Below the pieces are notes generated by a model that ran no database searches, had not been told where the DNA came from, and was given only the letters and a program-made list of their open reading frames with translations. Below, one piece after another: positions 42,018-50,110 of a stretch of DNA of 64,000 nt. The stretch spans positions 800,001-864,000 of the forward strand of contig JBBCJC010000005.1 in assembly GCA_037189525.1 (NCBI GenBank), written 5' to 3'. The position numbers and the translations under genes are program-made. Position 1 is the stretch's first letter. Every line of letters begins with the position of its first letter. The DNA comes from Gemmatimonadales bacterium (GTDB taxonomy: Bacteria; Gemmatimonadota; Gemmatimonadetes; Gemmatimonadales; GWC2-71-9).

Positions 42018-42770
42018 GTGCGACCCATGCTTCGTCTGCTCTTCGTGATCGTATCGATCATCTTGATTCCCGGCGTGGTGGCCGCGCAGGGCGTCGTCAG
42101 CGGTCGGATCCGTGCGGACGAGCCCCGTGTTCCGCTGGCAGGCGCCGAAGTATTCATCAGCGCGCTCTCGCTCCGGTCGGTCGCAGACGGGAACGGCCGA
42201 TACCGCCTGGTCGGCATCCCGCCAGGTCTGCATGAACTCGAAGTTCGCTTGATCGGGTATGCGCCTGCCCGCCTGACGCTGGAAACGGAAGCCGGCGATT
42301 CGCTGGATCTGGACGTGGTCCTGCTGCCGGCTCCATTCGAGCTCCCGACACTCACCGCGGAGGTGGCGCGAGTCCGGTCTGCCAGGCTGGCGGCGTTCGA
42401 CCACCGCCGGCGGATGGGGTTCGGGCGGTTCATCACCGAAGACGACCTCAAAGCCCGGGAGGGGAGCAGTCTCGCCGATATCCTGCGGATGCGGGCCGTG
42501 AACGTGGCCGTCGGCGTCGATCCGGACAACCCGTTCCGCGCGCTACCGGTGGCCCGGGCTTCGCCCGACATCCGGCGGAAAACCAACACCTGCTTTATGC
42601 ATGTGCTGGTCGATGGGGTGGAGGTACCCGTCGAAAACATCGACCTCAACACCACTGCCATCCAGCACTACGCGGCTATCGAGATCTATCAGCGGCCCAC
42701 GGCGATCCCGATCGAATACACGGCGACCGGCTTCAGCTGCGGCGCCATCTTCCTCTGGACCAAGACGTGA
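42018..42770 (+). CDS. Carboxypeptidase-regulatory-like domain plus TonB plug-like domain, no barrel
   Basis: PLAGAEV..ADGNGRYRL..RLIGY; FDHRRRMGFGRFIT; VLVDGV..IEIY..P..IPIEY..CGAIFLWTK. Confidence 0.8.
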   Translation: MRPMLRLLFVIVSIILIPGVVAAQGVVSGRIRADEPRVPLAGAEVFISALSLRSVADGNGRYRLVGIPPGLHELEVRLIGYAPARLTLETEAGDSLDLDVVLLPAPFELPTLTAEVARVRSARLAAFDHRRRMGFGRFITEDDLKAREGSSLADILRMRAVNVAVGVDPDNPFRALPVARASPDIRRKTNTCFMHVLVDGVEVPVENIDLNTTAIQHYAAIEIYQRPTAIPIEYTATGFSCGAIFLWTKT

Positions 42771-42990
42771 CGGGCCCGTGATCTCCACAGCTGACTCCAG
42801 CGGCGGGCCCGTATAGACGAGCATGTCGAATCATGTCTCCAGGGCGCGATGGTCCACCGCACCTTGCGGTAAGCCGACGCAGGCGCCCGACGTCCGACTC
42901 GTGAACGACGGGACCTGGTTGTTCGGATCGTAAGTGTAGCGATCGGCCGAGCCGGCTCGCACCGCAGCATCGGTAGGGAGTCGATCCGAT
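42765..42990 (-). pseudogene. Fragment of a CocE/NonD-family hydrolase C-terminal domain
   Basis: Manual translation ADRYTYDPNNQVPS...GAVDHRALET*FDMLVYTGPPLESAVEITGP; in-frame TGA at 42833-42831; no start and no catalytic domain. Confidence 0.7.
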
Positions 42991-43054
42991 GCCGCGGGCG
43001 ATCATACCGTTGACAAATGCGACCGGCGACGGGAGGCGCCGCTGGTCCGTGGCG

Positions 43055-43804
43055 CTAGCGGCCCACTCTGCCGGGCAGGCTGAGATTGCCCGATGCAACA
43101 TCGAAGACATCGGTAACACAGACGAGCGGGGCGTGGACGTTGGCATTGACGCGCAGCCCCGAGGTCACCCCGTCGAACGAGGCATTCTCGACCGGGGCGA
43201 TGTCGTCGAACGGAACTCGGACCTCGACCGTCGATCCCGTGAGCTGCGGGTGCCAGCCGGGGCTGTCGATCAGGATCGGCAATCCGGGCCAGGTCTTCGG
43301 CAACCGCGGCTTGGTCCCAGCGGGAATGTCGATGATCTTGAGCGCCCCTTTGCCGCAGGCCTCGTCCGGTCCGAGCACCACCCAATGCACATGCCAGACG
43401 TTGCCATCGTTGGCCGGATCGCCGTCGCCGTTTTCATCGAAGAACGGGGTATCGTCGAAATCGGGGTGCGCGGTCACGGCGAGCGAGAGGATCCCGGCCT
43501 TCGGCTCGAAGCCGACATCGGCGGGGTCGAGGCTCGTCGGCCAGACGTAAGAGAAGATGGCCGACCCGGCCAGCTTGCCTGTCGGGGTCGGCTTGTTTGC
43601 TCCAGCCTTCCCGGAGACCGCCATGTGGAACAGGGCGGTGTTGCCGTCGGTGGTGATCCGGGCCCGGACGATATCGAACGGGGCCAGCTTGGCATTGCCC
43701 GCCGGGGCGGTGATGCCGCCGGCAGTGCCAGACGGTTGCTGAGCAGATGCCGCGGCCGACCAGCAGAGCGAGGCGAGTCCGGCGAGGATGGTCGCAGTCC
43801 GCAT
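43055..43804 (-). CDS. Secreted conserved hypothetical protein with WHxHW and DxNxDG motifs
   Basis: Signal peptide MRTATILAGL..AAASA; HPDFDDTPFFDENGDGDPANDGNVWHVHWVVL; own RBS GAAGGGAG. Confidence 0.85.
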   Translation of the reverse strand: MRTATILAGLASLCWSAAASAQQPSGTAGGITAPAGNAKLAPFDIVRARITTDGNTALFHMAVSGKAGANKPTPTGKLAGSAIFSYVWPTSLDPADVGFEPKAGILSLAVTAHPDFDDTPFFDENGDGDPANDGNVWHVHWVVLGPDEACGKGALKIIDIPAGTKPRLPKTWPGLPILIDSPGWHPQLTGSTVEVRVPFDDIAPVENASFDGVTSGLRVNANVHAPLVCVTDVFDVASGNLSLPGRVGR

Positions 43805-43906
43805 CACGCCGCTCCCTTCACGTCGGCCAGGGGCATCCGCCAGGCGCTGGGCGGCGTCGACGCAGACCGGGCCCCCGGCATGGTAGAAAATGGCGTTTCG
43901 TGACAT
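43805..43906 (-). pseudogene. Truncated small thioredoxin/glutaredoxin-like gene, in frame with the downstream CDS
   Basis: MSRNAIFYHAGGPVCVDAAQRLA resembles the FYHAGCPVC start of small thioredoxin-family proteins. The first Cys is replaced and the rest of the fold is missing. AAAGG RBS upstream. Confidence 0.65.
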
Positions 43907-43991
43907 ATTGAGTCGCTGCCTTTCTGAGGAATGGAGAGGTTGTCAACTCGAGCGCCTCCGTTCGTTGCCGCGAGCGGTGGCGCTCACTGCA

Positions 43992-44621
43992 TCAGGCCGG
44001 TCGATCCATCGCAAAACGTTGCCAGACCTCGCGTTGGGTTCCGACAGTGGCCTCCTCGTAGTCGTCGCAGTCGAGCCGCAGTGCGGCGTCGCCGAAGGCG
44101 GCGTCCACGAAACCACAATGATGCGGACGGGCCGCATCGGGATGGGCGTGGGGCTTGAAGAAACGACACGTCGCGCACATCCGCTGGACCGGGATGGCGC
44201 CCTGTACCTGCAGCGACCGGATCATCCGGGTCAGTCCCTTGAGAAACACCGCCTGCTCGGCCGGAGACAGCTCGTCCACGGCGCCGAGGAGGGCGTCGGG
44301 CCAGACGGCCAACTCGGCCGCGGCGTGCCGCCCCGCCGGCGTCGGGTGGAGCCGCGTCGCACGCGCATCAGCAGGATCGGCCTTCTTGCGAACGTGGCCT
44401 TTCCGGACGAGCGCCGCCACGGCATCGCTGGCCGTCGGCTGCGTCACGCCGATCTCGGCGGCGATGGCGGTGACCCGCGCCGGGCCCCGGGCGGCCAGAT
44501 GCACCAGGATTTGGGCCTGGGTAGGAGTCAACGCTGCGGTGTCGGCACGCCGCCATTGCGACGTGCGCAGGAACGTGCCGATCTTCGCCAACCCTGTCGC
44601 GATGTGAGTCCGTGTGGTCAT
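43992..44621 (-). CDS. MarR-family regulator with C-terminal four-Cys domain
   Basis: LTPTQAQIL..IAAEIGVTQPTASDAVAALVRKG..DPADARA; C-terminal RMCATCRFF...HHCGFVD...RLDC. Confidence 0.92.
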   Translation of the reverse strand: MTTRTHIATGLAKIGTFLRTSQWRRADTAALTPTQAQILVHLAARGPARVTAIAAEIGVTQPTASDAVAALVRKGHVRKKADPADARATRLHPTPAGRHAAAELAVWPDALLGAVDELSPAEQAVFLKGLTRMIRSLQVQGAIPVQRMCATCRFFKPHAHPDAARPHHCGFVDAAFGDAALRLDCDDYEEATVGTQREVWQRFAMDRPA

Positions 44622-44644
44622 GCCATGTGTCTCCTGATTCTTCA

Positions 44645-44673
44645 ATATTAGATAGGAATCCTATGTAAATCAA
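44645..44673 (-). promoter_or_regulatory. sigma70 promoter of the MarR operon with palindromic operator
   Basis: Minus strand TTGATT-17 nt-TAATAT; the spacer contains the palindrome ATAGGA-A-TCCTAT (44652-44664). Confidence 0.75.
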
Positions 44674-44699
44674 GGAAGCGTCCGGTTCCGGCCCTCGGT

Positions 44700-44807
44700 G
44701 ACAGTGATATAGTTGATGAGGGCGCACTCGAAATCGGCGATGGCGCCCTGCATCAGCGTGGTGGCCAGTGCGGGGCTATCGAGCATGTTGGCCGGGACCC
44801 TGGTGCG
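44700..44807 (-). pseudogene. Fragment resembling the N-terminus of a RagB/SusD-like lipoprotein
   Basis: Manual translation RTRVPANMLDSPALATTLMQGAIADFECALINYI; the GAIADFECA motif is recalled from SusD-like proteins. No start or signal peptide. Confidence 0.5.
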
Positions 44808-44954
44808 CAGGGACCGTTACTCACCCTCGCCCTGGGCCCGGGCATTCCGATGCGGTCGCTGCAGCGAAACGCTTCCACCACGGGCACGAGTGATACCTTA
44901 TCCTTCTCAGGTCTATCATCACCCGCAGGCCGACCCCGCATCCCGGAGCTCCCC

Positions 44955-45491
44955 ATGAGGCCCCGCATCACCACTGCTCTGCTCGCCGTCGCAGCCCTCG
45001 CGGCGAGCGCGCCGAGCATCCAGGCCCAGGCCGCGCCCGAAGGCTTCGCGCAGGAGTTACTCGGACAGTTCGATGAATCGATGAAAAAGTTCATCGCACT
45101 GGCCGACGCGATGCCCGCCTCGGCCTACGGCTGGAGCCCCGGCCCTGGAGTCATGACCGTGGCCCGGGTGTACGGCCACGTGATCCGCTACAACTACATG
45201 TACCCCGCGACCTCCCTCGGCGTTCCCGCTCCGGACAGCCGCGACGGTGCAGCGACCGAGGATCTCACGGACAAAGCCCGGATCGTGGCCCTGCTGCGAG
45301 AGTCCCGGGACCATGTCCACCGGGTGGTCCAAGGGCTGCCGGCCGACCTCTCCCAGCGCACCAAGCTATACGGGCGCGACGTGAATCAGGCCGCCGTGCT
45401 GCTGCAGCTCGTGGCCCACATGAACGAGCACCTGGGCCAGTCGATCGCCTACGCCAGGTCGAACAATGTGGTACCGCCCTGGTCACGCTAG
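44955..45491 (+). CDS. DinB-family protein (secreted)
   Basis: Signal peptide; LADAMP...W.PGPGVMTVARVYGHV; HMNEHLGQSIAYARSNNVVPPWS. Confidence 0.9.
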   Translation: MRPRITTALLAVAALAASAPSIQAQAAPEGFAQELLGQFDESMKKFIALADAMPASAYGWSPGPGVMTVARVYGHVIRYNYMYPATSLGVPAPDSRDGAATEDLTDKARIVALLRESRDHVHRVVQGLPADLSQRTKLYGRDVNQAAVLLQLVAHMNEHLGQSIAYARSNNVVPPWSR

Positions 45492-45568
45492 CTGCACTGC
45501 TGGATTGAATCTGTCGAGTCTGATGGAAGGAGACGCGGGCGAGAACCGGAGTGCCCGCGTCAAGGGAG

Positions 45569-46798
45569 CTATTCGTGGCGGATCGCCTCGATGGGATCCA
45601 GCTTCGCCGCTCGCCGTGCAGGATAGAGCCCGAAGCCGAGTCCGATCAGCATCGAGGCTCCCGCGGCAAAGAAGAGCGTCCCCACACTGGTCGCTGCGTA
45701 GACCTCGACGCCCGCCATGCGCCGCATCAGCGCCGAGCCCGCGTACGCGATGACCAGCCCGAGCACCATCCCGAGTCCGGCGCCGACTCCGGTGATGGTG
45801 ACCGACTCCGCGAGGAACTGCAGCAGGATATCGCCCCGGCGCGCGCCGGCCGCCTTCCGGATTCCGATTTCCCGGGTCCGCTCGGCCACGGACGCCAGCA
45901 GCACATTCATGATCCCGATCCCGCCCACCAGGAGCGACACCCCCGTGATGGTCCCCATCAGGATTTTGAACACCATGACCCCGCGCTCGACCTGAGCGAC
46001 GCGCGCCGCATTGGTTTCGATGCGGACCGAGGCCTGCCACACCGGGCCATGTTCGTCGCGCCAGCGCTCGGCCGCCTGCTGTGCCGGTAGCACGTCCTCG
46101 ATCCGCGCCAAGCGAACGATCAGCGTATCGGGTCGCGGCCGTCCGACCGAGGTCATCAGACGCGGCGCAAGCCCAGGCGCCACCAACACCTCGTGTAAGT
46201 CGCCGACCTCACGACTCGACCGGTGCATCCCGACGATCTCGACGTCCGTCTCCTCGAGCCGGATGACACGCCCCAGCACCGATCGGCCAGCGGAATCGAG
46301 CGCCAGCGCCAGACTCTCATTCACCACGGCGAGCGGTCGCTCGCTCCGCACCTCGGCATCCGACAGCGCCCGGCCTTCGACCAGCGGCGGCATGGCAGGC
46401 CCTGCGTGACCCGTGACGAAAACCCCGAGCGGACGTGCGAGCCCCGCGGCCGACACGACACCGGACCCGCGAGCATACAGCGTGACCTCGGCATCGGCAG
46501 GCAGGCGTCCGATCAGCGTATCGCGATCGGCCATGTCGAACACGGGATAGGAGTCGAGCGGAACCGTGATGCCATCGACTTTGGTCGTGGTAGCGGCGGT
46601 GACCGCGAGATACTGCAGGCTGGTGGTCGAGCCGACTTCGCGACGACCGTACTGTTCCACGCCGTCGCCGATGGCGAGCACCGACACGAGCGCGGCCACA
46701 CCCATGACGATGCCCAGGGTGGACAGCATGGTGCGCATCGGGTTGGCCCGAAGCGCATCGAACCCGGTCAGCAGTGCGACGAGATCGCGCGACCGCAC
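45569..46798 (-). CDS. MacB/FtsX-like ABC transporter permease
   Basis: LRANPMRTMLSTLGI..GVAAL, LLVGGIGIMNVLLASVAERTREIGIRKA.GA, YPARRAAKLDPIEAIRHE. Confidence 0.93.
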   Translation of the reverse strand: MRSRDLVALLTGFDALRANPMRTMLSTLGIVMGVAALVSVLAIGDGVEQYGRREVGSTTSLQYLAVTAATTTKVDGITVPLDSYPVFDMADRDTLIGRLPADAEVTLYARGSGVVSAAGLARPLGVFVTGHAGPAMPPLVEGRALSDAEVRSERPLAVVNESLALALDSAGRSVLGRVIRLEETDVEIVGMHRSSREVGDLHEVLVAPGLAPRLMTSVGRPRPDTLIVRLARIEDVLPAQQAAERWRDEHGPVWQASVRIETNAARVAQVERGVMVFKILMGTITGVSLLVGGIGIMNVLLASVAERTREIGIRKAAGARRGDILLQFLAESVTITGVGAGLGMVLGLVIAYAGSALMRRMAGVEVYAATSVGTLFFAAGASMLIGLGFGLYPARRAAKLDPIEAIRHE

Positions 46799-46804
46799 GG
46801 ATTA

Positions 46805-47545
46805 TTAGGGCGGATTGATTTCGTCGATCCGAACGATGATCGCGGTGATGTTGTCGAGCCCCCCGCGCCGGTTGGCCTCCGCGATCAGCCGGTTGACGAC
46901 GACTTCAGGCGGGTCGCCACCCTGGAGGAGCTTGGCCAACTGCTCGTCTTCGAGCATGCCGGTCAAGCCGTCGGACGCCAGCAGGATGATGTCATCCTGC
47001 TGCAACGCCCCGAAATACACGTCCGGCACCACGTCTTCATTGGCGCCAACGCAGCGGGTGATCACGTTGCTGTACGGATGGGTACGCGCCTGCTCCGGCG
47101 TCAGCAGCCCCGCATCGACCTGTTCCTGCACGTAGCTGTGATCTTTGGTGAGTTGCATCAGGTGGCGACTGCGGAGGAGGTAGGCTCGGCTGTCGCCGAC
47201 CTGGCCGATCAGATAACGGGTGCCCGACAGGACGAGCACCGTCGTGGTCGTGCCCATCCCGCGTTTGTCCGCCTCAGCCAGCGTGCGTTCGAAGATCGAC
47301 TGATTGGCGGTCCGGATGGCCAGGCGGATCCGTTCGTAGGCATCGCCATCGGAAAGGCCACGCAGATTCCCGATTTCGCGGGCGATGATCTCCACCGCCA
47401 TCTCGCTCGCGACTTCGCCCGCGGCGTGTCCGCCCATACCGTCGGCCACGATAAATACGCCGTGCTTATAGTCGAGCAGAAAGCTGTCTTCATTACCGCT
47501 CCGCACCACCCCGACGTGGGTATCGCCAGCACACGAGATCAGCAT
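46805..47545 (-). CDS. Stp1/PrpC-type PP2C Ser/Thr phosphatase
   Basis: GVVRSGNED, VADGMGGHAAGEVAS, GMGTT, VGDSRAY, TKDHS, NVITR, ASDGLT, GGLDNIT. Confidence 0.96.
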   Translation of the reverse strand: MLISCAGDTHVGVVRSGNEDSFLLDYKHGVFIVADGMGGHAAGEVASEMAVEIIAREIGNLRGLSDGDAYERIRLAIRTANQSIFERTLAEADKRGMGTTTTVLVLSGTRYLIGQVGDSRAYLLRSRHLMQLTKDHSYVQEQVDAGLLTPEQARTHPYSNVITRCVGANEDVVPDVYFGALQQDDIILLASDGLTGMLEDEQLAKLLQGGDPPEVVVNRLIAEANRRGGLDNITAIIVRIDEINPP

Positions 47546-47549
47546 GCGA

Positions 47550-48881
47550 TCAGACGACGAAAGCAAGGAGCGCGAGAGACGCGATCAGTAACACGATCGC
47601 GAGATGCATGAGCAGATTCGGACGGGCGGCAATCGGCGCCAGCAGGATCATGGCGCGCTGCCCGGCCCGGCGACGACGCCGGTCGGCCTCGACCTCGGGC
47701 GAATCGGCCCCGGAATCAACATCGACGACGCGGTGCGGCGAACTCGACCGCCGGCCAGCTGCGCCCACCGGCGCCGGATAGCCGCTGCCGGAGGTGCGAC
47801 CCGCCCTGGCCGCTGCGTACCCGGACGCCACCGGCTCCGGTCGGCGTGCCGGTTCGTCCTGCGGCTCGAAGGAGACGACGACCCCGCCCAGCAGCAACGT
47901 CGACCCAGGCGAGAGCGGTGCATCATCGTCGACCACGACCCCATCGACCCAGGTCCCGTTGGCCGAGCCAAGATCGGAGATCGACCAGACACCGTCGCGC
48001 AGCAACAGCTTCGCGTGGGCCAGGCTGACGGTCGGATCGTTGAACCGCACTTCGCACGCATCGGCCCGGCCCATCGTGACCGACGGCGACCAGACTGGGA
48101 TCCGGCCGCCCTTGCTCAACCCGCTCTTGATCCGCAGCGAGGCCAGGGGGCGCGCCGCCGGATTGGACACCGGAACCGGCTGAGCCCGAAGGGTCAACCC
48201 GACCATGGTATCGCGAAGCCGCAACTCGGCGCCCGAAGCCGGTGCCGAGGGACGAAGCTCGCCGGGGTGATAGCGGAACTCGAAGGTCCCGATCCGCAGG
48301 ACATCGAGCGGTCGCAACCGATAGCGGCCGCTGATCCGTTCACCGTTGACGAAGGTGCCGCTCGAGGAAAGGTCGACCAGGATATCACCATCGGGACGGG
48401 ACACGATTTCGGCGTGCCGGCGGGCCACGTTCGGGGCGTCGACCACCACCTGCGCGGCCGCGTCCCAACCGAAGGTGAACGGCACCACCGCAATACGGTA
48501 CTCGCGGCCGTCGGTCTGGCTGACCAGTCGCCCTGCGCCCTCGACCAGCGCGGGCTCGAGCGGCGAGGGAGCCACACCAGAAACCCGTTCGTCGTCCTGC
48601 CGACTCGGATTCAGAACGATCACCTCATGTTCTCCGATCCCAAGGCGGTCTCCATGCAGCAACGGGGTCGGCTCCGGGCCAACGGCCGTGCCATTGACCA
48701 GGACGATCGCCCCCGATACGGCAGGACGAATGGCCAGGTGACCACCCGAGAGACGAGACACGACGGCGTGCCGAGGCAACACCGCGTCTCCGGAGAGCCG
48801 GAGATCGGATTGCGCAACGGAACCGATTGAACACTCACCGGCGGCGACGGAGACCCGCTGCCCGCCGTACTCGAGCTGCAT
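47550..48881 (-). CDS. Triple-FHA-domain protein with C-terminal TM helix
   Basis: Three FHA repeats (RHA..VNG..L.HGDRL.IG; RRHA..DLSSSGTFVNG; GR..VSLAHA..DLGSANGTWVDG) and a hydrophobic C-terminus. Confidence 0.88.
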   Translation of the reverse strand: MQLEYGGQRVSVAAGECSIGSVAQSDLRLSGDAVLPRHAVVSRLSGGHLAIRPAVSGAIVLVNGTAVGPEPTPLLHGDRLGIGEHEVIVLNPSRQDDERVSGVAPSPLEPALVEGAGRLVSQTDGREYRIAVVPFTFGWDAAAQVVVDAPNVARRHAEIVSRPDGDILVDLSSSGTFVNGERISGRYRLRPLDVLRIGTFEFRYHPGELRPSAPASGAELRLRDTMVGLTLRAQPVPVSNPAARPLASLRIKSGLSKGGRIPVWSPSVTMGRADACEVRFNDPTVSLAHAKLLLRDGVWSISDLGSANGTWVDGVVVDDDAPLSPGSTLLLGGVVVSFEPQDEPARRPEPVASGYAAARAGRTSGSGYPAPVGAAGRRSSSPHRVVDVDSGADSPEVEADRRRRRAGQRAMILLAPIAARPNLLMHLAIVLLIASLALLAFVV

Positions 48882-48951
48882 GCGCCGTGTTTCCTGTTCG
48901 AACGTCGTGGGCCACAAACGTAGGCCGAGCCCCGCGCCTTAGCAAGCAATT

Positions 48952-50025
48952 TCAGCCCGTCGGGCTCGGGTCCTGTTCGATTCCGCGAAGGCCTTGACGG
49001 ACCCACCGGGAGAACACGATCGAGCCGAAAACGATGGTGTACCCGCTCACGACCAGCCGCCACAACAGCACGTACAGAGGCGCCAGGGACCGGGGGACGT
49101 AAATCGACATCACCGCCGTCGAGAGCAGTTCCCCGATGCCGGAACCACCAGGCGTCGGGGCAAAGAAATAGAGCACGAAGGTGATGAATGTCTGGAGCAG
49201 CAGTACGTCGAAGAACTGCGCCTCCAACCCGATGGCCCGAAGCGCGACGTACCCGGCCAACAGTTTGTTGGCATGCGACGGCCCCGACAGCACCGTGGCC
49301 AGGGCCAGGGCCGACCATCCCCGCGGCGAATTGAAGCGCGCCACCGCCTCATGGGTCTGGTCGATGCCCCGTTCCAGGGCTTCGAGACGCTGGCCGACCC
49401 ATCGGCTGCGTCGGCCCAACAGGCTGGCCAGCTTGCGGACCAGGTCCCGGATTGCCTTCGGGAACAGGATGACGACAAGGAACAACACCCCGAGGGCGCA
49501 GAAAATCGACAGACTGCCGATGAACAGATCGTAGAGCGAGATGCCTAGCGCGACTCCGTGCCCACCGAGCGACTTTCCGGCCCCGAACGCAATCGCAATC
49601 GGTCCGGCAATCGCGAAGAACGCGACGGTGGCAATGAAGCTCATGAAGGTGATGGTGAAGCCGACCGGCACCGGGACACCATACCGCTTCATGGTGTACA
49701 CCATCATCGGCCCAGCTCCGGACATGACCGGGGTCAGGTATCCCGCCCAGGCACTCATTCCGCCGGAGAGAACCATCCCCTTCATCGACGGATTGGGCAT
49801 GACATTCCGGGCCAGGACGTAGTTGCGGAGCCCGCCACCCAGCCAATCCATCGACGCCAGCCCCACCCCCGCCAGGAGCCATTCGAACTGGATCCGCGGA
49901 ATCGCCTCCAGAAATGCCGCTGTCCCGTCACTATACCAGAGGACCGCCCCGAAACTGAGGAGCGATATCAGCAGGAACAGTTCCAGCCCGCGAAGCAGAA
50001 CTTTGGGGGTAAGCAGTTTGGCCAT
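48952..50025 (-). CDS. Lysylphosphatidylglycerol synthase TM-domain (flippase-like) protein
   Basis: LTP..SG.GP motif, APTPGGSGIGE, LLWRL; multi-TM. Confidence 0.85.
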   Translation of the reverse strand: MAKLLTPKVLLRGLELFLLISLLSFGAVLWYSDGTAAFLEAIPRIQFEWLLAGVGLASMDWLGGGLRNYVLARNVMPNPSMKGMVLSGGMSAWAGYLTPVMSGAGPMMVYTMKRYGVPVPVGFTITFMSFIATVAFFAIAGPIAIAFGAGKSLGGHGVALGISLYDLFIGSLSIFCALGVLFLVVILFPKAIRDLVRKLASLLGRRSRWVGQRLEALERGIDQTHEAVARFNSPRGWSALALATVLSGPSHANKLLAGYVALRAIGLEAQFFDVLLLQTFITFVLYFFAPTPGGSGIGELLSTAVMSIYVPRSLAPLYVLLWRLVVSGYTIVFGSIVFSRWVRQGLRGIEQDPSPTG

Positions 50026-50110
50026 GGAATCCCGGTCAAGTTAATGGAGCCGGATGGGGTAAACGAGGCGATCAGGGCTCCGGATATCGCCAAGGCATTA
50101 TTTTGCCCCG

